53,472 nt of DNA from a virus (IMGVR_UViG_3300025930_000004:1-53472); one strand, 5' to 3'; numbered from the stretch's first letter, positions 25,044-35,182 are shown. Numbers and translations: made by a program. The notes: generated by a model not told the origin, from the letters alone.

Positions 25044-25445
25044 ATGGCACTCGTAACTCGTGCGACAACCGCCAGTCTGGACGCATCGACCGGCATGTAC
25101 GCACCGCAAATTACCGGCCTTATTGCCGGGGAGGATTTGGACGTGGCCGCCCCCTGCTACATCAAAACCAGCGACGGCAAGGTCTACATGTCCAACGGCA
25201 CAGCCGCCACCGAACCGGCTGAAATCGTCGGCTTTACGCCAAGAGCGGTCAAGTCCACCCAGCCCTGCACCCTGATTGGCAAGGGCGCACGGTTCAGCTA
25301 TGGCACCGGCTTGACGATTGGCGACAAGTTGTACATTGGCGCCACCGCTGGCCGTCTGGACACCGCCGCCACCACTGGCGATGCTCTGGGCGTGGCCCAG
25401 GTCATCACGGCTACCGACATCCGCATCACGCGGGATAGTTTCTAG
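25044..25445 (+). CDS. Head decoration / cement protein
   Basis: AGEDL..GDKLYIGATAGRL; between scaffold and MCP. Confidence 0.75.
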   Translation: MALVTRATTASLDASTGMYAPQITGLIAGEDLDVAAPCYIKTSDGKVYMSNGTAATEPAEIVGFTPRAVKSTQPCTLIGKGARFSYGTGLTIGDKLYIGATAGRLDTAATTGDALGVAQVITATDIRITRDSF

Positions 25446-25457
25446 GAGAGATGAGAA

Positions 25458-26510
25458 ATGACTACAGGCACACATGATATTTCGACTCTCCTGGCGTCCC
25501 GCAACACTTCCGTTGCCGATTTCGGCATGGAAAACATTGTTCCGGTACTTCAGAAAGAGCTTGCAGCGCACAACCAGATCGTGACCACCCTGGTCAACGA
25601 CCTGGCCGAGTTCACCACCGACCGCCAGCGCAAGTATGGCATTTCGGTGGCGGGCGATATGTACGAAGTTGACGAGTACGGACGGGCGCCTACTCAGAAG
25701 GCCAAGCCGGGGGACACCGGCGGCTTCCCGCTGAAACTGTTTCAGTACGCTTTGGGCTGGACCGCCAAATGGTTCGACCTGCACACGCCCGCTGATATGG
25801 TCATTGCGACCCAGGCGGCGGAGCGGGCGCACCTGCGCATGATTCAGCGGGAAATCAAACGGGCATTCTATACCGAGGCCAACTACACCTGGAATGATTT
25901 CCTGGTGGACGGTGTGGACATTGCCGTCAAGCGGCTGGTCAACGCCGACAGCGCATCCATTCCCGAAGGCCCGAACAACGAAACCTTTGACGGCGCAACC
26001 CACACCCACTACATCGGGGAGGCCAGCCTTACCGCTGCCTTCCTGCAATCCTGGATCAACGACCTTGTGGAGCATGGGCAGGGGAACAACGTCAAGATTG
26101 CCATCAGCACCACCGATGAGGCGGCTGTACGTGCCCTGACCGGCTTCACTGCCTACACCGACCCTCGCCTGATTCAGCCCAACACCGCCGTACTCGCCAC
26201 TACGCCGCTGGATACCACCCGACTGAACAATCGGGCGATTGGTGTGTTTGGCGGCGCTGAGGTGTGGGTCAAGAGTTGGGCCATCGCCAACTACGTTTTC
26301 ATCTGGGACGCTGGCAGCCCCAAGCCGCTGGTCATTCGCCAGCGCAGCGCCACGTCAATGCAGGGTCTGCGCATCGCAGGCGAGAACCGGGCCTATCCGC
26401 TCCTGGCGCAGTTTATGGAAGCGGAGTTTGGCGTTGCTGTGTGGAATCGCACAAACGGTGTTGTCGGATATTTTGCCAACGCCACTTATTCGAGCCCAAC
26501 GATCACCTAG
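25458..26510 (+). CDS. Major capsid protein
   Basis: 350 aa, strong codon bias, position; C-terminal EFGVAVWNR. Confidence 0.85.
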   Translation: MTTGTHDISTLLASRNTSVADFGMENIVPVLQKELAAHNQIVTTLVNDLAEFTTDRQRKYGISVAGDMYEVDEYGRAPTQKAKPGDTGGFPLKLFQYALGWTAKWFDLHTPADMVIATQAAERAHLRMIQREIKRAFYTEANYTWNDFLVDGVDIAVKRLVNADSASIPEGPNNETFDGATHTHYIGEASLTAAFLQSWINDLVEHGQGNNVKIAISTTDEAAVRALTGFTAYTDPRLIQPNTAVLATTPLDTTRLNNRAIGVFGGAEVWVKSWAIANYVFIWDAGSPKPLVIRQRSATSMQGLRIAGENRAYPLLAQFMEAEFGVAVWNRTNGVVGYFANATYSSPTIT

Positions 26511-26550
26511 CATTTGTCCTGTCCGATACAGGATTCAAGGAGCCTAAATC

Positions 26551-26850
26551 ATGGCTGAAACAGTAGCGGGCGGGGTGTACGAAGATGCCCCCAACGCAGG
26601 AACCTACCACGACGCCAATGGTAAGCCGGTAAGCAAGGAAGCCGTGGCCGAACACCTGAAACTCGTGGCCGAGCGTGCCAAGAAAGCGCAGGAAGCGGAA
26701 GCGGAATTGGTGCGCCAGCAAGCGGCCCAACTCGCCGGATTGCGTCAACTGATGACGCCCACCGTTGCAGCGCCACAAGCCGTTAAGCCACCGGCAGTAG
26801 TCACAGAGACGGAAACCGACAGCGAAGGCCGGCGCATTCGACGGAGCTAG
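26551..26850 (+). CDS. Hypothetical head-associated protein
   Basis: AAGGAG RBS; follows MCP. Confidence 0.7.
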   Translation: MAETVAGGVYEDAPNAGTYHDANGKPVSKEAVAEHLKLVAERAKKAQEAEAELVRQQAAQLAGLRQLMTPTVAAPQAVKPPAVVTETETDSEGRRIRRS

Positions 26851-26853
26851 GCT

Positions 26854-27237
26854 ATGGCCTTTACTTACGCACTTGGCAGCAGCGACCCTGACACCCTAGC
26901 CCTATCCAGGGTGCGCCTTGAGTTGGGCGACCAGGTTGAAGGTAACGGCGTGCTGCCAAGTGGCGCCAACCTGCAGGACGAGGAAATCGGCTTTTACCTG
27001 ACCCTCAACGCTAATGACATTGCAGTCACGGTCGCAGCCCTGGCGGGTGTTCTCTCTCGCCAGTGGGCCGGGGCCGCTGACGTGCAGGTTGGGCCACGCA
27101 GGGAGAGCCTTAGCCAGGTCAGCGCACGCTGGGCAACCATCGCAGGCGACCAGGCGACAGCCGATTCTCTGGATGGCGGCTCATCGTTCGTGACCACGCT
27201 TGGCCGGGTGGATGGGTATACACCCAATGGCACTTGA
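26854..27237 (+). CDS. Head-tail adaptor
   Basis: VRLELGD..LQDEEI motif; position. Confidence 0.75.
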   Translation: MAFTYALGSSDPDTLALSRVRLELGDQVEGNGVLPSGANLQDEEIGFYLTLNANDIAVTVAALAGVLSRQWAGAADVQVGPRRESLSQVSARWATIAGDQATADSLDGGSSFVTTLGRVDGYTPNGT

Positions 27238-27637
27238 CATTTACGAGTATGTGGGCGGCCAGATTCGCACACTGCGCGAGCAGATGGGGATCACTCAGAA
27301 GTCAATGGCGAAAGCGATTGGCGTCAGCGCCAATACTGTTTCCAGGTGGGAGACGGCGACCTACAAGCTAAGTGTCAAGGACTTGCAGACCGTCGCTCAA
27401 TTCTTCGGCGTGCCTATGTCGGCCATGTTTCCAGATTCGCCAAAACCTGACGATGGGGAAGCGAAGCCAGTTCGAGAAGAAGGATTGATCATGCTGCGTG
27501 AAATCAGATGGCACCTCCGGCAATTGTTGCCCTTGACCTACCGCTCGCACTACGAAGACGGTCAGGGTAAGCGACATTTCTGTGTTTGGAATATGTGGCT
27601 CGGAAAGTGCTTCAACGTCGAGGATGTGATCGTTTAA
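27227..27637 (+). CDS. XRE-family HTH protein inserted in the head-tail module
   Basis: GQIRTLREQMGITQKSMAKAIGVSANTVSRWE. Confidence 0.85.
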   Translation: MALDIYEYVGGQIRTLREQMGITQKSMAKAIGVSANTVSRWETATYKLSVKDLQTVAQFFGVPMSAMFPDSPKPDDGEAKPVREEGLIMLREIRWHLRQLLPLTYRSHYEDGQGKRHFCVWNMWLGKCFNVEDVIV

Positions 27638-27969
27638 TGGCGCTTGACATCAGAGAGGGCGATCTATACGTAGTCGGCGGCAACGAATACCCGATCCGCT
27701 CCTGCGCTGAATGGTCCTGGCGCTATGGCCGGGCAATGCGCAGGTTCTGCACCGTGACCGCCAGCACCAAGCGGGCGCCGGGGATGAGCGGCGGCAAACG
27801 AGGCGCACCTACCGTCAACCTAACGGCGCTCAAATCGACGCCGATAGACCCGGTGGACCCTGAGATTCGCCAACGCCTTGCACTCAACACGCCAAACGAG
27901 TTGATGCAGACCTACGTGGACGGCGGCGACGTGTTCTATGCGCTCATCCTAGAGGAGTTAAAACGATGA
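27637..27969 (+). CDS. Head closure / stopper-like protein
   Basis: TAATG coupling; DIREGDL; position. Confidence 0.55.
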   Translation: MALDIREGDLYVVGGNEYPIRSCAEWSWRYGRAMRRFCTVTASTKRAPGMSGGKRGAPTVNLTALKSTPIDPVDPEIRQRLALNTPNELMQTYVDGGDVFYALILEELKR

Positions 27970-28343
27970 GCGCCCGCATTCGAGGCATCCAAGAGGCGCA
28001 GGACGGCATGTTGCGCACGGCGGCAGCTTTCCGGCCTAACGGCGCATTTGGCGATGCGGTCAAAGAAGCAACCATCTACCTGCATCGCTACGCCGTCTCG
28101 ATAACGCACGTCGATTCCGGCGCACTCAGAGCAAGCCATCACATCGAGCTACGGGGGCGCATGGGGGCCATCTACATCAGCCCGTCAGCGGTGCGCAGTG
28201 ATGGGGGCAGGCCGAGCGTCTACGGCCCCTACGAACACGCCAGGGGCGGCTCACATGCGTTCTATGCCCGAACACTAGCCGAAGCAGGCCAACGTGCAGC
28301 ACAGGCCGGTTTCGTGCGTCTGAGAGGGGCGCTGCCACGATGA
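27966..28343 (+). CDS. Neck protein (HK97 gp10-like)
   Basis: HVDSGALRAS..YGPYEH..FYART. Confidence 0.7.
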   Translation: MSARIRGIQEAQDGMLRTAAAFRPNGAFGDAVKEATIYLHRYAVSITHVDSGALRASHHIELRGRMGAIYISPSAVRSDGGRPSVYGPYEHARGGSHAFYARTLAEAGQRAAQAGFVRLRGALPR

Positions 28344-28447
28344 GTAGACGGCATACAGTAGACGGTAGTAGGGGAATTCGTTGGAGCCATCTTCGCCACG
28401 GCGAAGCCCTCCCTGTCTACTGTCCGGGTGCCCTCTGGGCGACTACT
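28344..28447. repeat. Heptamer-flanked hairpin element, copy 1
   Basis: GTAGACG/ACAGTAG arm ... CTGTCTAC arm; core GGGGAA...GGCGAAGC. Confidence 0.7.
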
Positions 28448-28458
28448 GGATACCGCTT

Positions 28459-28908
28459 ATGAGCGTTTCCCGTGACCCGATTCGCAAAGCGTTCGCCGCG
28501 CTGCTGAACACCGCATTGGTGGGGAGCGGCAAGCCCGTTGAGGCGGTCTACGACTATCAGATTGGCGATATTAGCACCTACAACCCGGTCGTTATGGTGT
28601 ACAGCGGGCCGATTCAGCGTAGGCGGGTGTACGGCTGTGAGGATGTGGATATAACGCTCTATGCCGATGTCTATGTGCTGTACGCTGACAGTACCAGCGG
28701 GTGGACGAAAGCCGACGCAGAGGACGCCATAGACGCCATAGAATCGGCCATTGCTGCGGTCGTGGCCGACCCTAACCATACGCTCAATCAGTCCGGCCAC
28801 TCAATTAGTTACGCTGAGGAACCAACACGCATGGAAGGTGTGGAAATCGGCGGCGTTGAGTATTGCCGGGAAGTTATTAGCATCACCGTACAGGTGAGAG
28901 GGCAATAA
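28459..28908 (+). CDS. Tail terminator-like protein
   Basis: MSVSRDPIRKAFAALL..AEDAIDAIESAI; position before tail tube. Confidence 0.7.
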   Translation: MSVSRDPIRKAFAALLNTALVGSGKPVEAVYDYQIGDISTYNPVVMVYSGPIQRRRVYGCEDVDITLYADVYVLYADSTSGWTKADAEDAIDAIESAIAAVVADPNHTLNQSGHSISYAEEPTRMEGVEIGGVEYCREVISITVQVRGQ

Positions 28909-28910
28909 CC

Positions 28911-29201
28911 ATGCACTTTTTTATAGGGGACGGATCGCATTACATGATCGGCGTCCCGATGCGAGACCTATCGAATCCAGAGTGGGAGGCGTTAGACGAA
29001 ACGACCCGACAGGCGCTGCATGATGCCAAGATGTTCACAGGCAAGCGGCCAGAGGGTCACATCGACACGCACCCCGACAAGGTGGCAGAGGCGGCAGAGG
29101 CTCAGACCCGCAAAACCGAAACGGGGGCAGCCGGGCCTTTAACGCCTGTTACTGAGATTGTCGAAGTGCCGGCGGCTGCTGCTCCGGCGAAAGGGGGCTG
29201 A
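28911..29201 (+). CDS. Hypothetical tail-module protein
   Basis: GVPMRDLS..EW motif; GAGG RBS. Confidence 0.65.
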   Translation: MHFFIGDGSHYMIGVPMRDLSNPEWEALDETTRQALHDAKMFTGKRPEGHIDTHPDKVAEAAEAQTRKTETGAAGPLTPVTEIVEVPAAAAPAKGG

Positions 29202-29206
29202 CACTA

Positions 29207-30178
29207 ATGCCTCTCGCAATGACATCAGAGGTACGTGCCCAGGCGGGCACGCAAGTGGACTATACGACAGCCGTCACGCCAACCGTTTCGTTGCGTGGTA
29301 TTGAGGAATTGACGCTCAACCCAGCCAACGAGGTTGAGGTGTTGATGGACATGACCACCGGCATGGCTGGTGGCTCACAGGCCGTTATGAAGGGCATCTC
29401 CGGGGCTGGCTCTATGTCGGGCTGGGGCAGCTACGAACATCTAGCCTACTGGCTGGACAACCTGCTGGGTCAGGCCACACCTACCGGCGCCTTTATCCGC
29501 TCCTACGCCGTTCCCGTCACCACAGCGCCCACACCTCGCATTCTCAGCCTGGTTAAAGGCACCAGCGCAGTAGGCGCTTATCAGTTGGTCGGCGCCCTGC
29601 TCCAAAGCTTCACCATGCGATTCGAGCAGCGCAGCCAACTCCAAATCAGCGGCGACCTGATCGGCGTGAAACTCCAGGCCGATACGCTGGAAGCGCTTGC
29701 CATCCCCGCCGTAAACCCGATTATGAGCCAGCACCTGAGCGGCTTCAAATGGGATGCCTGGACCGGCACGATGGGCACCACAGCCCTGGATGACTGCTAC
29801 ATTCGCTTTGCCGAGTTCGTCATTACACCCGACCGTCAGAGTAGACCCTGTTTCGGCACGCTCTCGGCTGACCAGTACATCGAGAATCCGTGGGAGGGTA
29901 CGCTTGAGTTGGGGCTGGAGTTCAACAGCACCACCAAAGCCGATGTTGACGCCATTGTCGGCGGGCTGACTCAACGCCAGGTGCAGATGACCGCCACCGA
30001 CACGGCAGCCAGAACGCTCAAGCTGCAATTCGCCGGAACGGTGGTAGATGATGTCAACATTTTTGACGATGATGACGGCGTGGTGACGGTGAACGTCAAG
30101 CTGCAAAGCACCTATCACACGACCTTTGCCAACTGGTTTAAGGCTGTTTTGACCAATGCCGTGGCGACCCTGACATGA
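29207..30178 (+). CDS. Major tail (tube) protein
   Basis: 323 aa beta-rich; position before chaperones and tape measure. Confidence 0.8.
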   Translation: MPLAMTSEVRAQAGTQVDYTTAVTPTVSLRGIEELTLNPANEVEVLMDMTTGMAGGSQAVMKGISGAGSMSGWGSYEHLAYWLDNLLGQATPTGAFIRSYAVPVTTAPTPRILSLVKGTSAVGAYQLVGALLQSFTMRFEQRSQLQISGDLIGVKLQADTLEALAIPAVNPIMSQHLSGFKWDAWTGTMGTTALDDCYIRFAEFVITPDRQSRPCFGTLSADQYIENPWEGTLELGLEFNSTTKADVDAIVGGLTQRQVQMTATDTAARTLKLQFAGTVVDDVNIFDDDDGVVTVNVKLQSTYHTTFANWFKAVLTNAVATLT

Positions 30179-30459
30179 CAAATCCGATTATCACGATTAA
30201 GCCGCCGCCCAAGAGTAAACCGGGCTGGGCACGCCGTCAGCGTGAAGTCGTCCGCATTCAAGAAGTTCTCAGCAAAGGGCCGAATCTGGCCGCATTTGAT
30301 GAAATGCTCGACCTGATGCTGAAAGAATGCGAGGTGACTGTACCTGACGGTGTTGACCCACGTGAGGCGCTACTGGACCTATCCGAAGAAGATTTCGATA
30401 ACGTTATGACCGCCATGCGGGGTGACAAAAGTACCGTGCCCCCTACGAACGGCGCTTAG
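30175..30459 (+). CDS. Tail assembly chaperone (G-like)
   Basis: ATGA overlap; position. Confidence 0.75.
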   Translation: MTNPIITIKPPPKSKPGWARRQREVVRIQEVLSKGPNLAAFDEMLDLMLKECEVTVPDGVDPREALLDLSEEDFDNVMTAMRGDKSTVPPTNGA

Positions 30460-30653
30460 TTCGTGACTGGCTGAAAGGCCACAGCAACGAAGCGCCGTTC
30501 TGGGTGGCGGTAATGGAAGCAGCCGAGGAATGGCATATTCCACCCTGGCAGGTGGAAGAACAAGCCACGCAAGAGTGGTGGGATAGGTGGGTAGTCATGC
30601 GCCAAGAGAGAGCGAAAACGAAACAACCTAAAGGCGGCTTTCCGAAGGGCTAA
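30438..30653 (+). CDS. Chaperone extension (GT-like) in the -1 frame
   Basis: -1 frame open 30426-30653 (..AAEEWHIPPWQVEE..WWDRW..); G CCC CCT at 30438-30444. Confidence 0.65.
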   Translation, partial: APYERRLVRDWLKGHSNEAPFWVAVMEAAEEWHIPPWQVEEQATQEWWDRWVVMRQERAKTKQPKGGFPKG

Positions 30654-30655
30654 TC

Positions 30656-33600
30656 ATGGCGCAGACATATACACTTCGCCTGGAAGTTGAAGGGAAAGAC
30701 AAGGGCGCCGCCGACATGCTGGACGGGCTCAAGGGCGACATGAAAAGCGCCGGAGACGCCGCCGGTCGCATGGGCGACAGCATGGCAGCCGGTTTCAAGA
30801 ACGCCGAATCCGCCGCCTCTAGTCTGGGCTCCAAAATCAGCGCCGGTATGAAAAGCGCCGGGGAGTCTGCGCAACGTTTGGGCGCTGGCCTTACCGCCGG
30901 TGTGACCCTGCCTATCCTGGGTTTTGCCGCCGCCGCTATCAAGGGCGCAGCGGACGCTGAACAGTTGGAAGTCTCTTTTACCACCATGTTGGGGAGCGCA
31001 GAGAAGGCGCAGACCCTAATCGCCCAGCTCTCCAAATTCGCCGCAACCACCCCATTCGAGACGCCAGAGATCGCCAATGCGGGCAAGCAGTTGCTTGCTT
31101 TTGGCGTCTCGGCTGACGACATTATCCCCACCCTAACCAAACTAGGCGACATCTCAGCCGGACTCAACATCCCGCTCGGTGACATGGCCTACCTATTCGG
31201 CACCAACCGGGCGCAGGGTAAGCTGATGACGGGCGACCTCAACCAGCTTGCCAGTCGTGGCGTGCCCATCATTGCGGCCCTTGCCAAAACGATGGGCGTG
31301 GCTGAAAGCTCCATCAAGGACATGGCCAGCGAGGGCAAAATCAGCTTTGACGACTTCAACAAGGCGCTGGACTCATTGACCGAAAAGGGCGGTCAGTTCA
31401 GCGGGTTGATGGAGGCGCAGAGCGGAACATTTAGCGGCCTACTGTCTACGATGAGTGATAACGTCGGCCTGACCATGACCGAGATTGGCAAAGCGATTAT
31501 CGAGGGCTTTGACCTAAAAGGCGGGCTGCTAAAGTTTATCGGCTTTCTCGAAAAGGCCAAGAACGCCATTATCGGCCTAGCTAAGTCCAACCCGGCCCTA
31601 TTCAAGATGGGATTGATTATAGCAGGCGTGGCGGCTGCAGCCGGGCCGCTACTCATAGCGTTTGGCACACTGTTGACCGTGCTGGCACCGTTGGGTCCAG
31701 CATTCGCTGTGATGGTCGGCCCTGTGGGGCTGGTGGTTGCTGGTATAGCAGCATTGGTTGCGCTCAATTGGGACAGCATCACGGACGGGCTGTACAACTT
31801 CAGCCAATACCTGCGCTATGTGGTTGTTGATGGTGACTCATATAACGATTTCCTGAAAAATCTACCTCAATTTATCCAGCCGGCGGCGCAATCAGTCGGG
31901 CAGCTGGTTGACGGCTTTCTCAAGTACAGAGACGCCGTAAGCAAAACCCGCTTCGGCTCGATTGAGGCGCAAACGGCCATCGGGCGCTTTCCTGAGCCAT
32001 TACGAAATGCTATCAGTTTCCTAGATAGAACAGCCGAGGCGTTTCTTAGCTACAAAGACGCCGTATCTAAGGCCGGCGTTGATTCTGATCTAGCCAGGGG
32101 GAAAATAGCCCTATTCCCGCCAGCCCTTCAGGGGGTGGTCAAGGCGTTCAGCGATGCCAAAACCACGTTTGATAATGTTGGTGGAGGCATACAGGGGGCT
32201 GTTGCTGCGTTGGGGGCTGTGACTGGCGGAACGGTTAAGTTTAACGCCGTAATCACCCATGTTGATTGGACGACCCAGGTCGGCAACATCGACTACACCT
32301 ACAACAAATTAGCCCAGATCACCCGTATAGACTGGACCGGCAGCGTCGGCAACCTCAGCTATCTCTATAATGCCACAACCGCCATTACGTGGGTCTACTG
32401 GAAAAGCGAAAAGCTAGGCAACGGCAGCTTTGTTTACAATGCCAACGCCGGCATTTTGAATATTGATTGGACGGGAAAACTTGGACCGGAAAGCCGGGTC
32501 GCATTTTCCTACGACTCAGTAACGGGCATCAAGCATGTATTTTGGGACGAACCTCACTTTCACGGCTACTACGAATCAACTACCGGCATTATCGACGTTG
32601 ATTTTGGGGAAGGTTTCTACACCGCCACGTACAGCACCAAAGCAAAAATGTTTACGGCGCAGAGCGTGCTATGGGGCGGATGGACACATACCTACGATGC
32701 CGAGTCAAAAATTTCCGAAACGGGTGTAGGGTGGGGCTTTTGGCACCACACCTACGATGCCGGGGCGAAGGTGGAGACGGCAGAGAGTGTATGGTGGGGA
32801 GCCTACAAACACACCTACGACGCCGGGGCGAAGGTACAGACATCCCTGGATGTCGCTTGGGGCGGTTGGACCTGGAAATACGATGTAGGTGCAAATGTCC
32901 TAGAACAAAGCGTCGTCTGGGGGGCGTGGTCATACAAATACGATGTAGGCGCCCAGGTGCTGTACAACAGAATCTTCTGGGGGGCATTCGGCTATATCTA
33001 CGATGTGGGGGCGAATGTCACGACCTTTACGATCATGGGCAAGCCGGCCCAACAATTTTTCAACGACCTGTTTGCTGGCTTAACCCTCGGCTTCAACCGG
33101 CCCAACCTCGCAGGACTCAACAAAGAAGACCCGGCCCGTGACATTGTTACCACGCCAAGTTGGGTAACTTCGCTCCTCAACTGGCAATTCCCGTCACCCG
33201 CCGCACTCTTGGAATGGGCTTTTCCGTCGCCGTCCGACCTGCTGGGCTGGGGCTGGCCAAAGGATTTGGGCGGCTTGACGGGCTGGCACTGGCCAAAAGA
33301 TTTAGGCGGCTTGAGCAGTTGGGATTGGCCGGATATGTCCATGCCGGGCTGGGTGAGCAGCCTGATCGCTGCACTCAGCGCCGGTAGCGGCGCCGGCGGC
33401 GAGAAAGTAACCGATGCCGATATATACAGAAAGGCCGCCGGCAACGCCACCGGCACAAGCAATTGGCGGGGTGGTATGACTTGGGTAGGTGAACGTGGGC
33501 CGGAACTTGTCAACCTACCTCGTGGCAGCCAGGTTTACACCAACCAGCAATCAATGGCGATGGCGAGCGCCAGCGGGCCACCTGTCATCGTCTACGCCAC

Positions 33601-33673
33601 AGTAGCCAGCCCCATCGACGTGGAAAGCCTCGCCTACCGCATAGCCGACATTCAACGGCGGAAGGTGCGCTAA
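30656..33673 (+). CDS. Tape measure protein
   Basis: AATTPFETPEI..LGDISAG..LNQLASRGVPI tape-measure domain; C-terminal WVGERGPELVNLPRGSQV. Confidence 0.92.
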   Translation: MAQTYTLRLEVEGKDKGAADMLDGLKGDMKSAGDAAGRMGDSMAAGFKNAESAASSLGSKISAGMKSAGESAQRLGAGLTAGVTLPILGFAAAAIKGAADAEQLEVSFTTMLGSAEKAQTLIAQLSKFAATTPFETPEIANAGKQLLAFGVSADDIIPTLTKLGDISAGLNIPLGDMAYLFGTNRAQGKLMTGDLNQLASRGVPIIAALAKTMGVAESSIKDMASEGKISFDDFNKALDSLTEKGGQFSGLMEAQSGTFSGLLSTMSDNVGLTMTEIGKAIIEGFDLKGGLLKFIGFLEKAKNAIIGLAKSNPALFKMGLIIAGVAAAAGPLLIAFGTLLTVLAPLGPAFAVMVGPVGLVVAGIAALVALNWDSITDGLYNFSQYLRYVVVDGDSYNDFLKNLPQFIQPAAQSVGQLVDGFLKYRDAVSKTRFGSIEAQTAIGRFPEPLRNAISFLDRTAEAFLSYKDAVSKAGVDSDLARGKIALFPPALQGVVKAFSDAKTTFDNVGGGIQGAVAALGAVTGGTVKFNAVITHVDWTTQVGNIDYTYNKLAQITRIDWTGSVGNLSYLYNATTAITWVYWKSEKLGNGSFVYNANAGILNIDWTGKLGPESRVAFSYDSVTGIKHVFWDEPHFHGYYESTTGIIDVDFGEGFYTATYSTKAKMFTAQSVLWGGWTHTYDAESKISETGVGWGFWHHTYDAGAKVETAESVWWGAYKHTYDAGAKVQTSLDVAWGGWTWKYDVGANVLEQSVVWGAWSYKYDVGAQVLYNRIFWGAFGYIYDVGANVTTFTIMGKPAQQFFNDLFAGLTLGFNRPNLAGLNKEDPARDIVTTPSWVTSLLNWQFPSPAALLEWAFPSPSDLLGWGWPKDLGGLTGWHWPKDLGGLSSWDWPDMSMPGWVSSLIAALSAGSGAGGEKVTDADIYRKAAGNATGTSNWRGGMTWVGERGPELVNLPRGSQVYTNQQSMAMASASGPPVIVYATVASPIDVESLAYRIADIQRRKVR

Positions 33674-33679
33674 TGACAA

Positions 33680-33790
33680 GGGTAGACGGTAGAACGGTAG
33701 ACAGTAGTAGGGGGGGCTTCGCCGCGTTGAAACCAGATTGTTTGCGGCGTGGCTGTTCCCTGTCTACCGTCTACCTGCTACCGTCTACTG
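33680..33790. repeat. Heptamer-flanked hairpin element, copy 2
   Basis: GGTAGACGGTAGAACGGTAGACAG ... CTGTCTACCGTCTACCTGCTACCGTCTAC. Confidence 0.8.
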
Positions 33791-33802
33791 GAGCGCAGCG
33801 CA

Positions 33803-35182
33803 ATGGCACATAGGCTTGGCTTCCGCCGCTACATCTCAGAAACAGAATGGATAGAGATTAACCTATTGGCCTGGCGCACCAATGTGCAATCCTACACGCC
33901 GCAGGCGCCCACGCTGAAGCAAGACGGCAGCTACAACGACGTCACCGAAACCATTGAACTGACCTTCATTTCAACATCCAGCACGCTAGAAGTACAAACC
34001 GACGTCAACGCCATCCAGCGGTGGATGGCACTCGCAGCGGAGAGGCAGGCCAGGGGCACAGGCGACCGCATTTTCATCATTATCAGCCTAGACGGTGAAA
34101 CAGATTACGTATGGCGCAGCGAGATATTAGGCGGCGCTGTGAACCTGGCTGACGGGGCGCTCCAAACCTGGGGGCAGCGCAAGCTCATCAACCGTATCAC
34201 GTTTACCCGGCGCTACTTCTGGGAGGGCGGCGAATTCGAGATTCCATTGTCCAGTCAAACGCAGTCGGCCATCGTGACGGGCGGGCGACTTGTCCAGAAT
34301 CGGCGGGGCATTGCCAACGGTGTGATGGGTGGCAATTGGGTAGAAATAGGCGTCAGTCAAATAGGCGGCGTACTACCTACACCAGCCAAGATTATGATTG
34401 CGGCCACCACCGGCAGCAATGAGGCACAAGACCCATTGCGAGACATCTACATCGCCTCCAGCGGGGCCGTCCGCTATCCTACTTCACTAACAACCGTGCT
34501 TGAGGGTGAGGATGCACTTTCTAGCACCGGCACCGTTCGGGGCGCTTCCAGCGGCGACGCCACGCTTGATCTCAACTTTTCCGGCGCTCAGTCCATCAGC
34601 AAGCAGTGGATTATCCCCTATCAAACCACAAGCCTCATCGCCGGGCGCACCGTGCGGCTGTTCACTCGCCACGCCTTTATCCAGGGTGGGGCGCTCTTTA
34701 TGAACGCCAGCCTCAAGGCGAATGACGGCACGGCAGGCGTGGCGGCCAGCTACGACAGCGAGGTACGAGTCTTGGCTACTGAGCAGCTTCAGGACATCGG
34801 CGCCATTACGTTCCCGTCTTCGGGCTCCAACAGTATGGACGCCCTGCGCCTGCAAATAGATTTTCGCTCGACAGCCACGGCGCTGATTGAACTGGACTAC
34901 ATAATGATGCTGGTCGGCAATGTGCGCACACTTTACAACCTCAAGCAAGTTTTGGCGCCGGGGCGGTTCATCGTAGATGACGGGCCTAGAGGGATTAGCT
35001 ATCAACTCTACAGCACACTGGAGGATATGACCGTACAGGGCAAGGGGCAGCCAATCATGCTCTATCCCGATCAGTATTTCTCCCAGCGCCTATTTTTCCT
35101 GTTCAACGGCGGGGCCGATGCGCTGCCTAGAAAAGAGTACAAGGTGAGAGTCCTCTACCGTCCACGGAGGCTCACCGTATGA
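33803..35182 (+). CDS. Distal tail-like protein
   Basis: Follows the tape measure gene; RRYFWEG; ends YRPRRLTV. Confidence 0.65.
   Translation: MAHRLGFRRYISETEWIEINLLAWRTNVQSYTPQAPTLKQDGSYNDVTETIELTFISTSSTLEVQTDVNAIQRWMALAAERQARGTGDRIFIIISLDGETDYVWRSEILGGAVNLADGALQTWGQRKLINRITFTRRYFWEGGEFEIPLSSQTQSAIVTGGRLVQNRRGIANGVMGGNWVEIGVSQIGGVLPTPAKIMIAATTGSNEAQDPLRDIYIASSGAVRYPTSLTTVLEGEDALSSTGTVRGASSGDATLDLNFSGAQSISKQWIIPYQTTSLIAGRTVRLFTRHAFIQGGALFMNASLKANDGTAGVAASYDSEVRVLATEQLQDIGAITFPSSGSNSMDALRLQIDFRSTATALIELDYIMMLVGNVRTLYNLKQVLAPGRFIVDDGPRGISYQLYSTLEDMTVQGKGQPIMLYPDQYFSQRLFFLFNGGADALPRKEYKVRVLYRPRRLTV

Noticed and set aside
25032-26075. Long antisense ORF over head genes (also 29441-30181, 36862-37752, 11050-11829, 3014-3880)
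   Set aside because: Shadow ORFs caused by GC-rich codon bias opposite well-supported genes; no motifs or RBS
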